Shown one piece after another: positions 57,453-64,000 of a stretch of 64,000 nt of DNA. The notes under the pieces were generated by a model that had not been told where the DNA came from, did not search any database, and worked only from the letters and a program-made list of their open reading frames with translations. Every line of letters starts with the position of its first letter. Position 1 is the first letter of the stretch. A program made the translations under genes and the position numbers. Origin of the DNA: Auanema rhodensis (Eukaryota > Animalia > Nematoda); NCBI GenBank assembly GCA_964057225.1, contig OZ059900.1:19096001-19160000 (forward strand), read 5' to 3'.

Positions 57453-60400
57453 AACTAAAATGAAGCATTTTACATGCTGAACACTAGAAAAATACAAAAA
57501 CACAGTGTTTCCCATGAGAAATATTTTATTATGCTGGAAAACCAGTTTTTGGAAATTTCGCTGTAAACAAGGTTTTGACTTACGATTTCATGTGTTCAAA
57601 CTCATGCAACGTCAATGAAACCTAGCTCAAAATTGTTCGTACAACGTCTATTTCCACTTTCACGACAAAAAAACAGGGGTTAGAAAATTAAGGAAATTAG
57701 CATATTCTGAGGGCACGCCCCTTATGGCTAATATTGATTAAATCGATTTTTGTTCATATGAGTCGTCAAATGCAACGAATTTCAGCGTGTTACACACTAA
57801 AATGAAGCATTTCACATGCTGAACACTAGAAAAATACAAAAACACAGTATTTCCCATGAGAAATATTTTATTATGCTGGAAAACCAGTTTTTGGAAATTT
57901 CGCTGTAAACAAGGTTTTGACTTACGATTTCATGTGTTCAAACTCATGCAATGTCAATGAAACCTAGCTCAAAATTGTTCGTACAACGTCTAGTTCCACT
58001 TTCACGACAAAAAAACAGGGGTTAGAAAATTAAGGAAATTAGCATATTCTGAGGGCACGCCCCTTATGGCTAATATTGATTAAATCGATTTTTGTTCATA
58101 TGAGTCGTCAAATGCAACGAATTTCAGCGTGTTACAAACTAAAATGAAGCATTTTACATGCTGAACACTAGAAAAATACAAAAACACAGTGTTTCCCATG
58201 AGAAATATTTTATTATGCTGGAAAACCAGTTTTTGGAAATTTCGCTGTAAACAAGGTTTTGACTTACGATTTCATGTGTTCAAACTCATGCAATGTTAAT
58301 GAAACCTAGCTCAAAATTGTTCGTACAACGTCTAGTTCCACTTTCACGACAAAAAAACAGGGGTTAGAAAATTAAGGAAATTAGCATATTCTGAGGGCAC
58401 GCCCCTTATGGCTAATATTGATTAAATCGATTTTTGTTCATATGAGTCGTCAAATGCAACGAATTTCAGCGTGTTACATACTAAAATGAAGCATTTTACA
58501 TGCTGAACACTAGATAAATACAAAAACACAGTATTTCCCATGAGAAATATTTTATTATGCTGGAAAACCAGTTTTTGGAAATTTCGCTGTAAACAAGGTT
58601 TTGACTTACGATTTCATGTGTTCAAACTCATGCAATGTCAATGAAACCTAGCTCAAAATTGTTCGTACAACGTCTAGTTCCACTTTCACGACAAAAAAAC
58701 AGGGGTTAGAAAATTAAGGAAATTAGCATATTCTGAGGGCACGCCCCTTATGGCTAATATTGATTAAATCGATTTTTGTTCATATGAGTCGTCAAATGCA
58801 ACGAATTTCAGCGTGTTACATACTAAAATGAAGCATTTTACATGCTGAACACTAGAAAAATACAAAAACACTGTATTTCCCATGAGAAATATTTTATTAT
58901 GCTGGAAAACCAGTTTTTGGAAATTTCGCTGTAAACAAGGTTTTGACTTACGATTTCATGTGTTCAAACTCATGCAATGTCAATGAAACCTAGCTCAAAA
59001 TTGTTCGTACAACGTCTAGTTCCACTTTCACGACAAAAAAACAGGGGTTAGAAAATTAAGGAAATTAGCATATTCTGAGGGCACGCCCCTTATGGCTAAT
59101 ATTGATTAAATCGATTTTTGTTCATATGAGTCGTCAAATGCAACGAATTTCAGCGTGTTACATACTAAAATGAAGCATTTTACATGCTGAACACTAGAAG
59201 AATACAAAAACACAGTATTTCCCATGAGAAATATTTTATTATGCTGGAAAACCAGTTTGTGGAAATTTCGCTGTAAACAAGGTTTTGACTTACGATTTCA
59301 TGTGTTCAAACTCATGCAATGTTAATGAAACCTAGCTCAAAATTGTTCGTACAACGTCTAGTTCCACTTTCACGACAAAAAAACAGGGGTTAGAAAATTA
59401 AGGAAATTAGCATATTCTGAGGGCACGCCCCTTATGGCTAATATTGATTAAATCGATTTTTGTTCATATGAGTCGTCAAATGCAACGAATTTCAGCGTGT
59501 TACATACTAAAATGAAGCATTTTACATGCTGAACACTAGAAAAATACAAAAACACAGTATTTCCCATGAGAAATATTTTATCATGCTGGAAAACCAGTTT
59601 TTGGAAATTTCGCTGTAAACAAGGTTTTGACTTACGATTTCATGTGTTCAAACTCATGCAATGTCAATGAAACCTAGCTCAAAATTGTTTGTACAACGTC
59701 TAGTTCCACTTTCACGACAAAAAAACAAGGGTTAGAAAATTAAGGAAATTAGCATATTCTGAGGGCACGCCCCTTATGGCTAATATTGATTAAATCGATT
59801 TTTGTTCATATGAGTCGTCAAATGCAACGAATTTCAGCGTGTTACATACTAAAATGAAGCATTTTACATGCTGAACACTAGAAAAATACAAAAACACAGT
59901 ATTTCCCATGAGAAATATTTTATTATGCTGGAAAACCAGTTTTTGGAAATTTCGCTGTAAACAAGGTTTTGACTTACGATTTCATGTGTTCAAACTCATG
60001 CAATGTCAATGAAACCTAGCTCAAAATTGTTCGTACAACGTCTAGTTCCACTTTCACGACAAAAAAACAGGGGTTAGAAAATTAAGGAAATTAGCATATT
60101 CTGAGGGCACGCCCCTTATGGCTAATATTGATTAAATCGATTTTTGTTCATATGAGTCGTCAAATGCAACGAATTTCAGCGTGTTACATACTAAAATGAA
60201 GCATTTTACATGCTGAACACTAGAAAAATACAAAAACACAGTATTTCCCATGAGAAATATTTTATTATGCTGGAAAACCAGTTTTTGGAAATTTCGCTGT
60301 AAACAAGGTTTTGACTTACGATTTCATGTGTTCAAAGTCATGCAATGTCAATGAAACCTAGCTCAAAATTGTTCGTACAACGTCTAGTTCCACTTTCACG

Positions 60401-63400
60401 ACAAAAAAACAGGGGTTAGAAAATTAAGGAAATTAGCATATTCTGAGGGCACGCCCCTTATGGGTAATATTGATTAAATCGATTTTTGTTCATATGAGTC
60501 GTCAAATGCAACGAATTTCAGCGTGTTACATACTAAAATGAAGCATTTTACATGCTGAACACTAGAAGAATACAAAAACACAGTATTTCCCATGAGAAAT
60601 ATTTTATTATGCTGGAAAACCAGTTTTTGGAAATTTCGCTGTAAACAAGGTTTTGACTTACGATTTCATGTGTTCAAACTCATGCAATGTCAATGAAACC
60701 TAGCTCAAAATTGTTCGTACAACGTCTAGTTCCACTTTCACGACAAAAAAACAGGGGTTAGAAAATTAAGGAAATTAGCATATTCTGAGGGCACGCCCCT
60801 TATGGCTAATATTGATTAAATCGATTTTTGTTCATATGAGTCGTCAAATGCAACGAATTTCAGCGTGTTACATACTAAAATGAAGCATTTTACATGCTGA
60901 ACACTAGAAAAATACAAAAACACAGTATTTCCCATGAGAAATATTTTATCATGCTGGAAAACCAGTTTTTGGAAATTTCGCTGTAAACAAGGTTTTGACT
61001 TACGATTTCATGTGTTCAAACTCATGCAATGTCAATGAAACCTAGCTCAAAATTGTTCGTACAACGTCTAGTTCCACTTTCACGACAAAAAAACAGGGGT
61101 TAGAAAATTAAGGAAATTAGCATATTCTGAGGGCACGCCCCTTATGGCTAATATTGATTAAATCGATTTTTGTTCATATGAGTTGTCAAATGCAACGAAT
61201 TTCAGCGTGTTACACATTAAAATGAAGCATTTTACATTCTGAACACTAGAAAAATACAAAAACACAGTATTTCCCATGAGAAATATTTTATTATGCTGGA
61301 AAACCAGTTTTTGGAAATTTCGCTGTAAACAAGGTTTTGACTTACGATTTCATGTGTTCAAACTCATGCAATGTCAATGAAACCTAGCTCAAAATTGTTC
61401 GTACAACGTCTAGTTCCACTTTCACGACAAAAAAACAGGGGTTAGAAAATTAAGGAAATTAGCATATTCTGAGGGCACGCCCCTTATGGCTAATATTGAT
61501 TAAATCGATTTTTGTTCATATGAGTCGTCAAATGCAACGAATTTCAGCGTGTTACAAACTAAAATGAAGCATTTTACATGCTGAACACTAGAAAAATACA
61601 AAAACACAGTGTTTCCCATGAGAAATATTTTATTATGCTGGAAAACCAGTTTTTGGAAATTTCGCTGTAAACAAGGTTTTGACTTACGATTTCATGTGTT
61701 CAAACTCATGCAATGTCAATGAAACCTAGCTCAAAATTGTTCGTACAACGTCTAGTTCCACTTTCACGACAAAAAAACAGGGGTTAGAAAATTAAGGAAA
61801 TTAGCATATTCTGAGGGCACGCCCCTTATGGCTAATATTGATTAAATCGATTTTTGTTCATATGAGTCGTCAAATGCAACGAATTTCAGCGTGTTACATA
61901 CTAAAATGAAGCATTTTACATGCTGAACACTAGAAAAATACAAAAACACAGTATTCCCCATGAGAAATATTTTATTATGCTGGAAAACCAGTTTTTGGAA
62001 ATTTCGCTGTAAACAAGGTTTTGACTTACGATTTCATGTGTTCAAACTCATGCAATGTCAATGAAACCTAGCTCAAAATTGTTCGTACAACGTCTAGTTC
62101 CACTTTCACGACAAAAAAACAGGGGTTAGAAAATTAAGGAAATTAGCATATTCTGAGGGCACGCCCCTTATGGCTAATATTGATTAAATCGATTTTTGTT
62201 CATATGAGTCGTCAAATGCAACGAATTTCAGCGTGTTACATACTAAAATGAAGCATTTTACATGCTGAACACTAGAAAAATACAAAAACACAGTATTTCC
62301 CATGAGAAATATTTTATCATGCTGGAAAACCAGTTTTTGGAAATTTCGCTGTAAACAAGGTTTTGACTTACGATTTCATGTGTTCAAACTCATGCAATGT
62401 CAATGAAACCTAGCTCAAAATTGTTCGTACAACGTCTAGTTCCACTTTCACGACAAAAAAACAGGGGTTAGAAAATTAAGGAAATTAGCATATTCTGAGG
62501 GCACGCCCCTTATGGCTAATATTGATTAAATCGATTTTTGTTCATATGAGTCGTCAAATGCAACGAATTTCAGCGTGTTACACATTAAAATGAAGCATTT
62601 TACATTCTGAACACTAGAAAAATACAAAAACACAGTATTTCCCATGAGAAATATTTTATCATGCTGGAAAACCAGTTTTTGGAAATTTCGCTGTAAACAA
62701 GGTTTTGACTTACGATTTCATGTGTTCAAACTCATGCAATGTCAATGAAACCTAGCTCAAAATTGTTTGTACAACGTCTAGTTCCACTTTCACGACAAAA
62801 AAACAGGGGTTAGAAAATTAAGGAAATTAGCATATTCTGAGGGCACGCCCCTTATGGCTAATATTGATTAAATCGATTTTTGTTCATATGAGTCGTCAAA
62901 TGCAACGAATTTCAGCGTGTTACAAACTAAAATGAAGCATTTTACATGCTGAACACTAGAAAAATACAAAAACACAGTGTTTCCCATGAGAAATATTTTA
63001 TTATGCTGGAAAACCAGTTTTTGGAAATTTCGCTGTAAACAAGGTTTTGACTTACGATTTCATGTGTTCAAACTCATGCAACGTCAATGAAACCTAGCTC
63101 AAAATTGTTCGTACAACGTCTAGTTCAACTTTCACGACAAAAAAACAGGGGTTACAAAATTAAGGAAATTAGCATATTCTGAGGGCACGCCCCTTATGGC
63201 TAATATTGATTAAATCGATTTTTGTTCATATGAGTCGTCAAATGCAACGAATTTCAGCGTGTTACATACTAAAATGAAGCATTTTACATGCTGAACACTA
63301 GAAAAATACAAAAACACAGTGTTTCCCATGAGAAATATTTTATTATGCTGGAAAACCAGTTTTTGGAAATTTCGCTGTAAACAAGGTTTTGACTTACGAT

Positions 63401-64000
63401 TTCATGTGTTCAAACTCATGCAACGTCAATGAAACCTAGCTCAAAATTGTTCGTACAACGTCTAGTTCCACTTTCACGACAAAAAAACAGGGGTTAGAAA
63501 ATTAAGGAAATTAGCATATTCTGAGGGCACGCCCCTTATGGCTAATATTGATTAAATCGATTTTTGTTCATATGAGTCGTCAAATGCAACGAATTTCAGC
63601 GTGTTACACATTAAAATGAAGCATTTTACATGCTGAACACTAGAAAAATACAAAAACACAGTATTTCCCATGAGAAATATTTTATCATGCTGGAAAACCA
63701 GTTTTTCGAAATTTCGCTGTAAACAAGGTTTTGACTTACGATTTCATGTGTTCAAACTCATGCAATGTCAATGAAACCTAGCTCAAAATTGTTCGTACAA
63801 CGTCTAGTTCCACTTTCACGACAAAAAAACAGGGGTTAGAAAATTAAGGAAATTAGCATATTCTGAGGGCACGCCCCTTATGGCTAATATTGATTAAATC
63901 GATTTTTGTTCATATGAGTTGTCAAATGCAACGAATTTCAGCGTGTTACACATTAAAATGAAGCATTTTACATTCTGAACACTAGAAAAATACAAAAACA

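Larger units (their letters stand above)
1..64000. repeat. Tandem satellite DNA array, 342-bp monomer, ~187 head-to-tail copies, likely centromeric/pericentromeric heterochromatin
   Basis: ATTTTACATGCTGAACACTAG recurs at 1, 343, 685 ... 3421, 6841 ... and 63965 (= 1 + 187x342 + 10, matching the ten indels seen). Copies are near-identical, with no inversion or interruption. The centromeric location is an inference from monomer size, AT content and homogeneity. Confidence 0.99.

Noticed and set aside
1-64000. CRISPR array or repeat-spacer system
   Set aside because: There are no unique spacers: the full 342 bp repeats, and no cas or other genes are present.
1-64000. MITE or other transposon units or insertions
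   Set aside because: There are no terminal inverted repeats with target-site duplications, and the monomer register is fully explained by ten small indels, leaving no room for an insertion.

Overview
The whole 64 kb window is one uninterrupted head-to-tail tandem array of a 342-bp, AT-rich satellite monomer (about 34% GC by hand count): 187 complete monomers plus 36 bp, all in one orientation and with no unique sequence, transposon or real gene. Copies differ from the consensus by only a few substitutions. Ten indels (four -1, two +5, four +1) account exactly for the +10 register shift by the window end. This organisation is typical of eukaryotic centromeric or pericentromeric satellite DNA; the species cannot be identified from the sequence alone. 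The three annotated 65-aa ORFs come from one satellite variant that removes a stop codon. The interesting structure is (i) a monomer dense in dyad symmetries, where many recurrent variants perfect or extend a palindrome, (ii) nested, locally restricted higher-order repeats of 2, 3, 4, 5 and, repeatedly, 9 monomers, and (iii) a probable sub-monomer gene-conversion tract. I see no protein-coding or CRISPR-like system. 'Monomer position' below uses the numbering of monomer 1 (bases 1-342). All counts were made by eye.
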